A stretch of 63,902 bases of DNA, counting the filler, from Nemertoderma westbladi (lineage: Eukaryota; Animalia; Xenacoelomorpha), in the NCBI GenBank assembly GCA_032718475.1. It is 4 parts of 4 records of this genome, joined end to end, with 100 filler letters (N's around TTAATTAATTAA, not from the genome) between each part and the next. Parts side by side here need not be neighbours in the genome. Positions count along the whole stretch, not along the records: positions 18,028 to 39,546 come from JAUCBJ010005173.1; 3 more parts are not named here. One strand, written 5' to 3'. The notes below the pieces were generated by a model. That model had not been told where the DNA came from. It made no database searches and worked only from the letters and a program-made list of their open reading frames with translations. Positions within the stretch are counted from its first letter, which is position 1. The number at the start of each line of letters is the position of its first letter. Position numbers and translations under genes: made by a program. Shown here piece after piece: positions 24,078-38,580 of the stretch.

Positions 24078-27000
24078 CAAGTAGTGTCTAAATCATTGTC
24101 CAGAATAGGGTGTTTCCCTTCACTTCTATGGGGCTTTCTATTATTCCTACCTGTCCAAATACGTTGTGTAATGATTTCCAACCTGTCCAATATAAGGGCA
24201 TCCAATCAAATCATCATATGAGCCAACTCCTCGTTATCGGAACAATACCAACATTCCTAAAGTTAGGCATCTCCCTTATTGGCTATATAATGTAAAGGTT
24301 AATGGAAAATTCCACTGATATATAATCCAAGTGTCAGCTATGAATCCGGGGCTCATTATAACAACCTATACTGGACAGAGCAATGTATTTGGGACAAGAG
24401 CTGGTTGAGGTATATGTACAGTGGAAATTCCCATTCTAAATAAGGGCATTTGGAATACATGTTCCCTAGTTATGGTTAAAGATATACTGTGGGTGCCTTG
24501 CAAATGGCCTGTAAGACTGTGATGCATTATAGGCTATAGTGTCATCATAGTCACGTTATTTAATTTCATGTTGTACAATTTATTCATTTTGTGCAATTTA
24601 TTCATGTTGTGCAATTTATTCATTGTGCAATTTATTAATGTGGTGCAATTTATTCACTAAAAATAAATCTAAATACATTTGTATAATAATAATTAAATGA
24701 CAATCAAAATAGTGATATCGCAACCTCCTCCCCCAGACTCAATTTCATCCCAAATAGTCCTTAATAAGTCTTAAATTTCACTCAAATAGGTTGTTTGTGT
24801 CCCATATAGGGTGTTTGTGTCCCGTATAGGGTGTGAAGTGCTTATAATGATTTCAAATAGTTTCGAAATGTAATGGAATACTCAAACGAATATAGAATTC
24901 ACTATCATAGCTTTCATTTAAATTTGTCCCAAATTGGTTATTTGTGTCCCATATAGGGTGTTTGTGTCCCATATAGGGTGTTTGTGTCCCAAATAGCGTG
25001 TGACTTTCTCAAAATAATTTTAAATAGTTTCTAAATCTCATGGAATACTCAAAAGAATATAGAATTCACTACCATAGCTTTAATTTCAATTTGTCCCAAA
25101 TAGGTTGTTTTTGTCCCATATAGGGTGTTTGTGTCCCGTATAGGGTGTGAATTGCTTATAATGATTTCAAATATTTTCTACATGTAATGGAATACTCAAA
25201 AGAATATAGAATTCACTATCATAGCTTAATTTAAATTTTTTGTCCCAAATAGGCTGTTTATGTCCCATATAGGGTGTTTGTGTCCCATATAGGGTGTTTG
25301 TGTCCCAAATTGCGTGTGACTTTCTCAAAATTATTTTACATAGTTTATAAATATAATGGAATACTCAAAAGAATATAGAATTCACTACCATAGCTTTAAT
25401 TTCAATTTGTCCCAAATATGTTGTTTTTGTCCCATATAGGGTGTTTGTGTGCCATATAGGGTGTGAATTGCTTATAATGATTTCAAATATTTTCTAAATG
25501 TAATGGAATACGTAACAGAATATAGAATTCAATATCATAGCTTTAATTTAAATTTGCCCCAAATAGGTTGTTTATGTCCCATATAGGGTGTTTGTGTCCC
25601 ATATAGGGTGTTTGTGTCCCAAATAGCGTGTGACTTTCTCAAAATGATTTTACATAGTTTATAAATATAATGGAATACTCAAAAAAATATAATTCACTAT
25701 CATAGCTTTAATTTAAATTTGTCCCAAATAGGTTGTTTTTGTCCCATATAGGGTGTTTGTGTGCCAAATAGCGTATGACTTTCTCAAAATGATTTTACAT
25801 AGTTTATAAATATAATGGAAATACTCAAAAGAAAATAGAATCCACTATCATAGCTTTAATTTAAATTTGTCCCAAATAGGTTGTTTGTGTCCCATATAGG
25901 GTGTTTGTGTCCCGTATAGGGTGTGAAATGCTTATAATGATTTCAAATAGTTTCGAAATGTAATGGAATACTCTAAAGAATATAGAATTGACTATCATAG
26001 CTTTCATTTAAATTTGTCCGAAATAGGTTGTTTGTGTCCCATATAGGGTGTTTGTGTCCCGTATAGGATGTGAATTGTTTATAATGATTTCAAATATTTT
26101 CTAAATGTAATGGAGTACTCAAAATAATATAGAATTCACTATAATAGCTTTCATTTAAATTTGTCCCAAATAGGTTGTTTATGTCCCATATAGGGTGTTT
26201 GTGTCCCATATAGGGTGTTTGTGTCCCAAATTGCGTGTGAATTTCTCAAAATGATTTTACATCGTTTATAAATATAATGGAAATACTCAAAAGAAAATAG
26301 AATCCACTATCAAGGCTTTAATTTAAATTTGTCCCAACTAGGTTGTTTGTGTCGCATATAGGGTGTTTGTGTCCCATATAGGGTGTGAAGTGCTTATAAT
26401 GATTTCCAATAGTTTCGAAATGTAATGGAATACTCAAAAGAATATAGAAGTCACTACCATAGCTTTCATTTAAATTTGTCCCAAATACGTTGTTTGTGTC
26501 CCATATAGGGTGTTTGTGTCCCAAATAGCGTGTGACTTTCTCAAAATGATTTTAAATAGTTTCTAAATCTCATGGAATACTCAAAAGAATATAGAATTCA
26601 CTACTATAGCTTTAATTTCAATTTGTCCCAAATAGGTTGTTTTACGGGGGTTTTAGGTTGTATTAACGCTCTGATAGTGAATTCTATATTCTTTTGAGTA
26701 TTCCATTACATTTAGAAACTACTTAAAATCATTATAAGAAATGTACAACCTATTCAGGACAGAAACACCCTATACAGGACACAAACAACCTATTTGGGAC
26801 AAATTTAAATTAAAGAAATGATATTGCATTCTATTTTCTTTTGAGTATTCCATTATATTTATAAACTATGTAAAATCATTTTGAGAAATTCACACGCTAT
26901 TTGGGACCCAAACACCCTATATGGGACACAAAGACCCTATATGGGACATAAACAACCTATTTGAGACAAATTTAAATTAAAGCTATGATAGTGAATTCTA

Positions 27001-28912
27001 TATTCTTTTTATTATTCCATTACATTTAGAAACTATTTGAAATCATTATAAGCAATTCACACCCTTTACGGGACATAAACACCCTATATAGGACATTTAC
27101 AACCTATTTGGGACAAATTTAAATTAAAGCTATGATAGTGAATTCTATTTTCTTTTGAGTATTCCATTATATTTATAAACTATGTAAAATAATTTTGAGA
27201 AAGTCACACGCAATTTGGGACACAAACACCCTATATGGGACACAAACACCCTATATGGGACATAAACAGCCTATTTGGGACAAAAAATTTAAATTAAGCT
27301 ATGATAGTGAATTCTATATTCTTTTGAGTATTCCATTACATGTAGAAAATATTTGAAATCATTATAAGCAATTCACACCCTATACGGGACACAAACACCC
27401 TATATGGGACAAAAACAACCTATTTGGGACAAATTGAAATTAAAGCTATAGTAGTGAATTCTATATTCTTTTGAGTATTTCATGAGATTTAGAAACTATT
27501 TAAAATCATTTTGAGAAAGTCACACACTATTTGGGACACAAACACCCTATATGGGACACAAACAACCTATTTGGGACAAATTTAAATGAAAGCTATGATA
27601 GTGAATTCTATATTCTTTTGAGTATTCCATTACATTTCGAAACTATTTGAAATCATTATACGCACTTCACACCATATACGGGACACAAACACCCTATATG
27701 AGACACAAACAACCTATTTGGGACAAATTTAAATGAAAGCTATGATAGTGAATTCTATATTCTTTTGAGTATTCCATTACATTTCGAAACTATTTGATAT
27801 CATTATAAGCACTTCACACCATATACGGGACACAAACACCCTATATGAGACACAAACAACCTATTTGGGACAAATTTAAATTAAAGCTATGATAGTGGAT
27901 TCTATTTTCTTTTGAGTATTTCCATTATATTTATAAACAATGTAAAATCATTTTGAGAAAGTTACATGCTATTTGGTACAAAACCACCCTGTGTGGGACA
28001 CAAACATCCTATATGGTACATAAACAACCTATTTGGGACAAATTAGAATTAAAGTTATGATTATGAAGTCGATATTCTTTTCACTATTCCTTTACATTTA
28101 TAAACTATGTGAAATAATTTTGATAAAGCTACAGGCTATTTTGGACAAAATCAACCTATATGGGACACAAACACCCTATATGGGACACTAACAACCTATG
28201 TGAGTCAAATTTAAGACTTATTAAGGACTATTTGGTGGGATGAAGTTGAGTCTGGGGGAGGAGGTTGCAATATCACTAATTTGATTGCCATTTAATTATT
28301 ATTATACAAATGTATTTAGATTTATTATAAGTGAATAAATTGCACTACATGAATAAATTGCACAATTAATAAATTGCACAACATGCATAAATTACACAAT
28401 ATGAATAAAATGCACAACATGAAATTAAATAACGTGACTATGATGACACTATAGCCTATAATGCATCACAGTCTTACAGGCCATTTGCAAGGCACCCACA
28501 GTATATCTTTAACCATAACTAGGGAACAAGTATTCCAAATGCCCTTATTTAGAATGGGAATTTCCACTGTACATATACCTCAACCAGCTCTTGTCCCAAA
28601 TATGTTGCTCTGTCCAGTATAGGTTGTTATAATGAGCCCCGGATTCGTAGTTGACACTTGAATTGCAGTATATATCAGTGGAATTTTCCATTAACCTTTA
28701 CATTATATAGCCAATAAGAGAGATGCCTAACTTTAGGAATGTTGGTATTGATCAGATGACGAGGAGTTGGCTCATATGATGATTTGATTGGATGCCCCTA
28801 TATTGGACAGGATGGAAATCATTACACAACGTATTTGGGACAGGTAGGAATAATAGAAAGCACCATAGAAGTGAAGGAAACACCCTATTCTGGACAATGA
28901 TGTAGATACTAT
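24078..28912. mobile_element. ~4.8-kb foldback (long inverted repeat) element
   Basis: 24078-24790 is the reverse complement of ~28200-28912; inner ~140-160-bp tandem arrays (GTCCCATATAGGGTGTTTGT) switch orientation at ~26645. Confidence 0.9.
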
Positions 28913-29079
28913 TGTGTCTGCCTGTATCATGTGTATCGCTACCGCCTGACCGCAGTAACGGTACCTATTACGACTACTGCTACCCAAAATCAGAAATTTC
29001 AGAAATTATTTGACTTCGTGATGTTGATTGAGGCTGCAGGCTCTAAGCTGTTTGAATGAATGAATGAATTGAATGAATT

Positions 29080-32000
29080 CGGTCTTTGTAGCATTTATAT
29101 GCAATCCAACCTCCTTAGCAGCCCTCTCCACTTTATTTAGTAGAAGCTAGCGTATTAGAGAGCAGGGCGATGTCATACGCAAAGTCTGTGTCTGTGACTG
29201 TAGTTGCCGGATATCTACTACTTCTGCGTTCTTGAAGTGTGAATCCCAGATCTTCACCCTTTGTGGCCGTCCTCATTGCGTAATCCAGCACAATTACAAA
29301 TAGTAATGGTGCTAATGTGTCACCTTGCAGTACGCCAGCCAGGATTGAGAAAAACTCAGTTTCACCATCTGGTGAGAGTACCTGCGCTCCTGTGTCACAA
29401 TATAACAATCCAAAGCCAGCAACAATTACTTCTGGTATTCCATAAGCTCTTAGGATTTCAAGCATTTTACCTCTATGGATGGAGTCGAATGCCTTCTTGA
29501 AGTCCACAAAAGTCATTACTGCGGGGAGATTCTTTGACTTAATTCCTTCAATCAGTCTCCGTAGTGCAAGTATCTGAGCTATTGTTGATCTACTTGGTCG
29601 AAATCCGTTTTGGCTCTTACGCAGTAGTTTCTCTATGTGAGGCCTAATCCTATATAGAATCATTTTATTGTATATTTTGGCAGCTACCACAAGCAGACAG
29701 ATCCCACGATAGTTTGTTGGTATCCGAGGTCTCCTTTCTTGGGGAGAGGCTTTAGTTGACCTTTAGTCCAAATTGGTGGTGGCTTTTCCCTTTTTAACAT
29801 CCGGTTGCAAACATTCAATAATGGTCTGTTTAGCACTCCGGTTTTCCATACCTCCGCTGGGATTTCATCTAATCCACTCGCTTTATTATTGGACATGCTT
29901 TTAATGCTTCTTTGGAGTTCGGTAGGTGTGAAGTCCCCTGTTTCTATAGGTAGTGTCTTGTCATATATTTTCCTTGTAGGGCTGACCTCGATATTTGGTG
30001 GCTGCCCAAGCAAGTTGCTGAAGTGATTTTTCCACTTCCCAACACGTTCTTCAGGACTATCGGCTTTGAGGCGCCCCTTTGCACAACTTTCCCGACCATA
30101 TACCTCATTTACAGTTTGCCAGGTAAGTCTTGAGATTGTTGCTGTATGTCAGCAGTTGTAATTGCTTCAGTTTTATCCTGTATGTACTTTTCCTGGCTGA
30201 TGTTGTAGGCCAATTTAAGATCGTCCTTAGCTTTCTCAACCTTGTTAATGTTTTCGGTTGTTGGTTGTTCGGTTTTAACTTTGTAGGCTATCTTAAGATC
30301 TTCTCTCTTACAAGTAACCTCAGAGTTTTGCCATGGCACATACTGTTTTCGTTGGGGTTTCTGGGGGATATGCCTCTTAGCTGATTCCTTGTGGGCTTAT
30401 TATATTCTGGTATATTGAAACGGTAGACTACTACTACTAGGATCGGCATGCTGCATTGCAGCTGCACTTTTAAGAATGCTGTGCCGGCTTGTCAACAAAA
30501 TTGCACCGCCACAACTCCCTATCACCCATGACGTTTGCTAGATCATCCGCATCTTCAAGGCCAGTGTCCTTTAAGATGTGTCTCAAGAAAGTCATGGGCT
30601 GTCCACCATGCTTATTCACTCCATGAGGCTGCCAAAGTACAAGATTATGCACTGGCTGGTCCTCACGGCGAAAGCAATGTCCTGCAAAGAGGAGGCGATT
30701 TTGTTCTAGTGTCAAGCTTGGGGTAACCAATGAGACACCTCCAATGTTATATAGTGTCTGGTTGGAGATGTGTGCATTGTACTTGACACAATGAACCCGA
30801 CGTAGCATTCTTGTGAATGTGCCATCCAGAGATTTGGTGTCCTCAGCAGTTAGAGCCCAGCATGGACTCCCATAGAGGAGTACTGGAACTACTGCTGCTC
30901 TAAATAATCGGACCTTAAGTTTCCGATTAATTCTCGGTGACTTCCAAATCCTGGAAAGCCTGTTCAAGGCTGCCCATGCCTTTCCCTTATGTATTCGAAG
31001 GTCCTCACCTGACTTCCGGATCCATGATCCCAGGTAACAGAAGTCGTCCACATGCTCAAGCATACCATCCTTTGAGCTTATGCTCATCCGATCAGAGACT
31101 TGCTGAGGACTTTCAAAGTTAACTGTCAAAATTTTGGTCTTTCTGGAGTTAATAAAAAGACCAACACTAGAAGCAGCATGCTCTAATGAGCTGAGGAGCC
31201 ATTGGGCTCCCTCTAATGATTCTGAGAGTACTCCTAAGTCATCAGCAAAGTCTAGATCAGTTAGGTACTTGGCAGGATTTCCTCGACTTCTGGAGCCAGT
31301 AGGTGGAGTTATCATCACCCCATCATCATTATGATGATCTAAGGACATGCGTAGAACATAGTCGACCACAGTAATGAACAAGAATGGTGCAAGTGTGTCT
31401 CCTTGGAGGACGCCCCATAACACTTCAAATGGTTCTGTGTCACCGTCAACAGTAGACACAAATGTTGTCGAACAATCGTATACTGATCTCATTGCTGCAA
31501 TAATTTCATCTGGAATCCCATATAATGAAAGTATGCTGAACATACGCGAGCGAGAGACTGAATCAAAGGCCTTGAAGAAGTCAACAAAGATAACAGCCAG
31601 ATGTCTGTCTTTCTTTTTTGATAATTTTTCAATTATCCTTCTAAGTGCCAAAATGGGCTCCATGGTCCCACGACCTTTACGGAACCCATTCTGATTTCCA
31701 CGGAGCAGTCTCTCAATGGGATCCCTGATGCGATTTAATAGAATCCTATTGTATAGCTTTGCAGCAATCGAGATCAATGAGATTCCCCGAAAAGAACCAT
31801 AGAGTGTTAGGTTGCCCTTCTTGGGAACTGGCACCATCTTATTTGTTTTCATTTCTTGGTCTTCTTTTCTCTTATTTCATTTATCTTATTGGTCTTCATC
31901 CATTAACTGAAGTACTTCAAAGCGGTTTTGAACTTCTACTGTGTAAGCATTATTTACTGCATTGTCAGTTCTGAGTTTCTCCCAGTCATACTGTGTAGTG

Positions 32001-32385
32001 GATTTGCTTGCTTGTCCTGGGTTTGCTGGTTCTCAAACTGAGTCTGAACTCTGCAGTCATAATTCTCTGATCCGAATCTATTAGGTTGAACGAGCTGTAT
32101 GCCTCGCAGTTGATCATGCTGTTTCTCCACTTTTTGTTTATAAGGATGTAATCCAGTTGTGCTTTGGTTCCATTAGGGTATTGAAAGGTCCATAGCTTCC
32201 CCTTACTCTTTTCGAATGTGTTGTTTGTTGGTATCAATTCACAATCTTCCATTAGGTCTAAGAGTAAGCACCCATTTCTGTTCGAACTGGTGTTATAAGT
32301 GTTATAAGTATCATTTTGCATTCCATAAAGGAGGACTTTGCATAGAGCTGGATTGGTAACGAACTTCAAGACGAATTTGTGGTAA
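29080..32385 (-). mobile_element. RTE-type LINE (family A), disrupted APE endonuclease + RT, split by a nested family B copy
   Basis: Endonuclease NRNG...TN.TF...WT...QLDYIL...SD (31986-32369); RT QNGFRPSRST, FVDFKKAFDS, GVLQGDTLAP (29133-30013). Confidence 0.88.
30428..31840 (-). mobile_element. 5'-truncated RTE LINE (family B) with an open RT domain
   Basis: Open ORF 30470-31852: QNGFRKGRGT, FVDFFKAFDS, GVLQGDTLAP, LDFADD; (TAG)n tail. Confidence 0.93.
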
Positions 32386-32564
32386 ATGAAACAGACCAGA
32401 GGAGCCGAAGCGTGTGTTATATGAGTGGATTGATGAAGGCTTGACTAAATTGAGTTAAATCTAAATTTCCTAAAATCCTAATTTACTTAAAAGTAAGTTA
32501 ATATCTCATCTCGGCAAATTATCACTGTTAATGATTATATATTAAGGGAAATGAGCTGAGCTAC

Positions 32565-32703
32565 AGGTTACAGTGAGGGGCACTTTTCTACATATAACCA
32601 AAACAATAAACGAAAGAAAGTCAATAACAAAGGTTACAGTGAGGGGCACTTTTCTACATATAACCAAAACAATAAACGAAAGAAAGTCAATAACAAAGGT
32701 TGC
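32565..32703. repeat. Tandem duplication of ~66 bp
   Basis: AGGTTACAGTGAGGGGCACTTTT...AATAACAA occurs twice. Confidence 0.85.
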
Positions 32704-34609
32704 AGTTGTATTTTAGCACTGTTAATCAGCTGTTATTTGTGTAGATTTACATTTACTGACACTACCTGTTAAAATGATACCAGCTATCATTTGTAACGTA
32801 AACAAGCAAGTATAATTTTTTAACAAGCAAGTATAATATTTTTAATGCATGCCTCATATAAATATTCCTATCTGTATAAGGAAATTCAACATTCACTAAA
32901 ATTTACCGTACTGTAATAGTACCGTTGACAGTGCATCCATTATAGTGAAATAATTCCGTGACTCTTACAAGTAGGCCTACAGTATGTCGCTTTGCTTAGC
33001 AGTTTGTTCAATTTTCGGTCAGCATCTGTTTCTCCATTATTTGGATATTATTAATAATTTGCTGTAAGAGTTTACGTATATTGTCGTTCAATGTATAAAT
33101 AATTAAATAATAATAAATAAATACATAGAAAAGCAGTCGCATTAGAAACCCTAAAAACTGAAGGCCAACTAACTCCCGAAAAAATTAAAAAAATAAATCT
33201 AGGCACAATAGGCCCTACTAAAAATATGAATTTTCTCTTTTCCAAAAAGGTTAGAAAATTGAAATCGTATGTTTTACTAAAATTAAAGTTTTTATAGGAT
33301 CATTTACTGAGTGCATCAGTGCATGGCCATTCCTTTCAGAACAAAGAACACCATGGTGCTGGTCTGGTGCAATCTTTTTATTGTAAATAATTATTATCAA
33401 TTAAAAATACTCCTACTATGCACTTCTGCACTTATATGTTTATACATAGGAAAGGAATTGGTTTATACTGGTATCGTCTACCTTTAGCGTTTACATACTG
33501 TATGCAACGCCTGGGGTGTCGTTTCAGCCCTCCCATAGGGTTAATGTTAAATTAATATTGAAAAATTAGTGCCTTGAAGTAAAAATTTTTACTGTAAAAT
33601 GTGTTCCTAAATTTTGTTTATTGTTTTAGTTAAAAAAAAAAACGGCCTTTATGACCTGCTACTTTCCTTTAAACGGTACTTAAATGGTCAATAAATATTC
33701 GCGAAATTAAGTTAATATGTTAAAATGGGCTGATAGGGCTGACACCCCAAATGGTAATATGCATACTGTACTGTATGTATACATTGCACATTGAGTATGA
33801 GTAATGTCACAAATCCGTACCCGTGGATATAATATTTTTGCTCGAAAACAGCTATCTCTGGGAAAAGACTCAAAATTCAGTTACTAGCCGGTCTCCGTGG
33901 CCAAACACTCTGATATTTTCGGGAATTTTGGGAATTCGGGAAAAAAATTACAGTACTAAGTAGAACCAATAAAAACTATAATAAATATAATATAAATGCA
34001 CTGAATCACTTTTTTCACCGTATCACATGCACCTAAAACAGTAAAATTAAATATAAATGATTACTAAAAAATTATATCGATTAGGTTGATTAGGTGAACG
34101 AGCTGCGGACCGCGCTTTCTTCTCCACCAATGTCATCTCCTTTTTGCAATATTTGCAGTTTGGAGGCGTATCTCCCAACCCATATGGGTGTTCCACCATC
34201 GCCATATGGCCATCGACGAAGAACCCTCTATGTCACAAAGATTAATGTCTTTTTTGCAGATTAATGTCTTGAAGCAATCGAGACCGCAACCAGGGGCACC
34301 ACAATCCAGTTTTCGCCTTATCGTAGTAGAAAAAGGTACAGTAGCAGAGTAGTACTGACGTATAAACAGCAGAACAGGGTCTGTCAGCTACCGGTATGTA
34401 ATCTGGTAATGCTGAATACGGTAGGCCAAGATGAATTCTGCCTGACTGCAGAATAGGTTATACACTAAATCATAGGGTCAATCAATGACTCCCGACTTAG
34501 AACTTTAATAAAATTAAAAGAACAGGTCATGGAGTCTATATAGGCCTATACAGCTATACCTTTCAAGACTGCAAGATGGAGGAAAATTGAGTAAAATGCT
34601 TTCGCATCA

Positions 34610-34985
34610 GACGTTTGAAAATATGTAAAATGCAGAAGAAACCAAAAATCAATGAATAGGCTATGTCTCCGTGTGGCGCGAAGCGGAAAAAGATGACATA
34701 TTGAAATTTGTTGTTTTAAGTTGCTCACTATACATTATAGGTTGAAAAATGACTTGAAATTTTTTGGAGCGTTCCCACAAGAATTGGCGTGGAGGAACGG
34801 TTTGAAAAAATGTATAGGCCTAATGCAGAAAAAAACAAAAATCAATGATTATGCTTCGTGCTGCGCGAAGCGGAAAAATATGACATATTGACATTTTTTG
34901 TTTTAAGTTGGTCACTATAGGTTGAAAAATGACTGTTCAATTTTTTGGAGCGTTCCCAAAGAATTGGCGAGAGGGGAACGAACGG
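34610..34985. repeat. Diverged ~190-bp tandem duplication
   Basis: AATGCAGAA...GCGCGAAGCGGAAAA...TAGGTTGAAAAATGACT...GAATTGGCG occurs twice. Confidence 0.75.
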
Positions 34986-35947
34986 TTTTATCAAGGGTAC
35001 GGATTTATGATAGAACCGCACATTGTGTACAGCTGTACAGCAGGCTCAGGGACTGTAGCCTACTTCAAATATCAGATAGGGGGGGGGGGGGGGCAAACAA
35101 TTTAACGTTCAAATGGCGTTGAAAAACGAAAAATTTATAACAAATAAACGCTAGAATCTGACGTTAGTAAAAGTAGATCGAACGTTCGTTTGGCCGCTTT
35201 TGTGACGTTAAAATTACCCCCAAATCAACGTTGAATTTTACGTCAAATATATATATTCCAACGTTATCTTTAACCGTTGAATTTGCAGTATATTAATCGT
35301 TAAACCAACTTCAGTTAATCAACAAAACTGACGTTAGATATCCATATTCCAACGTTTATTTAATCAGGGATTTTCAGTTTTTCAGGCCACTAGGTAAATC
35401 TCACGTTACCTTACGTTGTACATTGCACATTATAATTATCTCATCAGCATTATTAATACAACATATAGGCCTATAATATGTTTTGTGAATTATAAATGAA
35501 TGGAAACTTTATGTTTGAAACTGGAAACTTATTCATTTATTTATTTACATTATAAATGAAATTATTACAAAATAATCAGATACCGGTAGTTAGTTGACAG
35601 CACAGATACAGTCTATAGTTCGCATTGGCAAAAATAAGTCTTACTGAAACAAATTACAAGTCCACATCCGCATCGTCACCATCATCGTCCTCATTATCGC
35701 TAATTGTCGATCCCGCGTCGTCTTTGCTGCATCGTTCTTTCGGTTTTCCGCGAGCCACACTAAAAAAACAAAATAATTAATTAATCAACTAATTTACTTT
35801 AAACGAATTCCTGTATAATAATAATGTAATAACGTAAGTAAGTACTGTATGTAGTATGTACTCAGCACCGCAAATGTATTAATTACTTGCAATTTAATGC
35901 AATGGCGATAAACAGTTTCAGAGCGTAATATTGTAGCAGAATGGATG

Positions 35948-36930
35948 CCATAATGTAGGCCTACAGTACTAACCCAATCCCCCATAATGTAGGCCTACAG
36001 TACTAACCAAATCCCCCATAATGTAGGCCTACAGTACTAACAAAATCTCCCATAATGTAGGCCTACAGTACTAACCCAATCCCACATAATGTAGGCCTAC
36101 AGTACTAACCCAATCCTCCATAATGTAGGCCTACAGTACTAACCCAATCCCCCATAATGTAGGCCTACAGTACTAACCCAATCCTCCATGATGTAGGCCT
36201 ACAGTACTAACCCAATCCTAACACATCTCAACCCTGCAGAATGGATGCCATAATGTAGACCTACAGTACTAACTCAATCCCCCATAATGTAGGCCTACAG
36301 TACTAACCCAATCCCCCATAATGTAGGCCTACAGTACTAACAAAATCTCCCATAATGTAGGCCTACAGTACTAACCCAATCCTCCGTAATGTAGGCCTAC
36401 AGTACTAACCCAATCCTCCACGATGTAGGCCTACAGTACTAACCAAATCCCCCATAATGTAGGCCTACAGTACTAACCCAATCCTCCATAATGTAGGCCT
36501 CCAGTACTAACCCAATCCTCCATAATGTAGGCCTACAGTACTAACCAAATCCCCCATAATGTAGGCCTACAGTACTAACCAAATCCCCCATAATGTAGGC
36601 CTACAGTACTAACCCAATCCTCCATAATGTAGGCCTACAGTACTAACCAAATCCCCCATAATGTAGGCCTACAGTACTAACCCAATCCTCCATAATGTAG
36701 GCCTACAGTACTAACCCAATCCTCCATAATGTAGGCCTACAGTACTAACCCAATCCCCAATAATGTAGGCCTACAGTACTAACCAAATCCCCCATAATGT
36801 AGGCCTACAGTACTAACCAAATCCCCCATAATGTAGGCCTACAGTACTGACCCAATCCTCCATAATGTAGGCCTACAGTACTAACCCAATCCCCCATAAT
36901 GTAGGCCTACATAGTACTAACCCAATCCTA
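35948..36930. repeat. 34-bp satellite (~28 copies) with a higher-order duplication
   Basis: CATAATGTAGGCCTACAGTACTAACCCAATCCYC in tandem; contains the palindromes TGTAGGCCTACA and AGTACT. Confidence 0.97.
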
Positions 36931-38087
36931 ACACATCTCAACCCTATCCCAATTATTGCTCCACGCTCACACTACTACCCCAACCCCTTTCTGAAACCTA
37001 AACCAGCGTGAACCCTAACCAAACCTAACCCACCCCTGACCCAACTCAACAACAGTATCCATTGAATTAATAAAACGATTTCATTTAATTACAGTAATAC
37101 TTACTAATTATCCCCTCCAGGTCTATTGCTTACCTGCCGAAAAAACACCGATATAGCGCCATCCACCGCACCATCTTCAAAATCTTTGAGAAGAACAGCT
37201 CCTATAATACAAAATAATCATATATTTATAACAGATATCAATATTATGATTAAATCATATTTATTAAATATGATTTATAACAAAAATTTAAATCTTCCCT
37301 ACACAGTATTAATTGGTACAATAGTGTGATATTAATAGTAGGCCTATGCATATAGTTTATAACAAGTGTTAAACAGACATGTATGTAAATATTTATTACA
37401 GTATTTACTTTACAATTAGTCTAAAAGTACAATAAACCATTTACGCTGCAACTTACGTGAAACTCCAATTCTTGGGTATGAAACTGGCCGGTCAGAAATA
37501 GTCGCTGAGCGATCGAACATGGCTTGAGGAGATTGACGGTCAATGATAATGGGTTGCGAGTGTGGGCGGTCGACACTGGGCTGTGGATGTGGACGGCCAA
37601 CTACCGTGGGATGTGAATGTGGACGGTCCAAAGTAGTGGACGATTGCGAAAAATCGAATGAGACCGGGACAGGTTGCGGGGCCAATGTGGATGGGGAGAA
37701 AGCGCGCCGAGAGCGTTCTTCATTGGAAAGTAGAGAGATGCTACGTGGTTCTAGTTGTCCAATATTCAGTATTGAATTTGATTCACACTGCAAGTATTCA
37801 TCACTTGGTAATTGCGAAAACTCAAGATCCTGTTGCACCACCGGCGGTGCAAGCGATGTTACATAAGGATACTCAGGAATTGCAGGAATGTTTCTGAAAC
37901 CAATAACAGTAAATTCGGATGCTCGTGTCATACAGTTATAAAGTTTACATTAAAATTATTTTATTCCAAAATTGTAACATTACTCAACGCCGTTAGTATT
38001 AACAGCGAGTTGTTATTTAGCACTTTACAACTTTAGAGGACATTACAGCATTGTATTGGCCTGTACATTTAGTATTGTATTTGGTGT

Positions 38088-38177
38088 TATTGTTTACGTG
38101 GTAACCCATGACGGCGTTAAGTAATGTCCCCCTAGTGGACATTACTTAACGCCGTCATGGTTACCACGTAAACAATA
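38088..38177. repeat. Near-perfect 90-bp hairpin
   Basis: TATTGTTTACGTGGTAACCCATGACGGCGTTAAGTAATGTCC and its reverse complement, 7-nt loop, one indel. Confidence 0.9.
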
Positions 38178-38443
38178 GGTGGAAATTTGCCTGACAGCCA
38201 GATAGGCCTACTGCATTACCTACCGGTAGGCGGGGTATAGCTATTAATAACCAGTTGGGCCTAGCTATATTATTATAACATGGCTCCAAACGCCACCATA
38301 AATATAAGCTAACTTATTTATAACATAATTTATGTCATTTTTACATTTATTTATACAGCAACTAATATAATTTGTGCAGTTTCTATCACTTATAATATAT
38401 GTACAATCATTTCGTAATGTTAAAATTTTGGAATAAAACTACA

Positions 38444-38580
38444 TACATACTTGTTGCAAAGTACTTTACAGTGTTCTGATCCTCGTGGCTTTATTTTCAC
38501 TCACTCACTAACGTTCGTTCGTGTAACAAAGCCACTCGGATCATCACATTGTAAAGTGCTACTTTACACACAAGTATGTA
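38444..38580. mobile_element. Small palindromic MITE
   Basis: TACATACTTGT...ACAAGTATGTA termini; imperfect inverted arms (CTTTACA/TGTAAAG, GTGGCTTT/AAAGCCAC). Confidence 0.65.
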
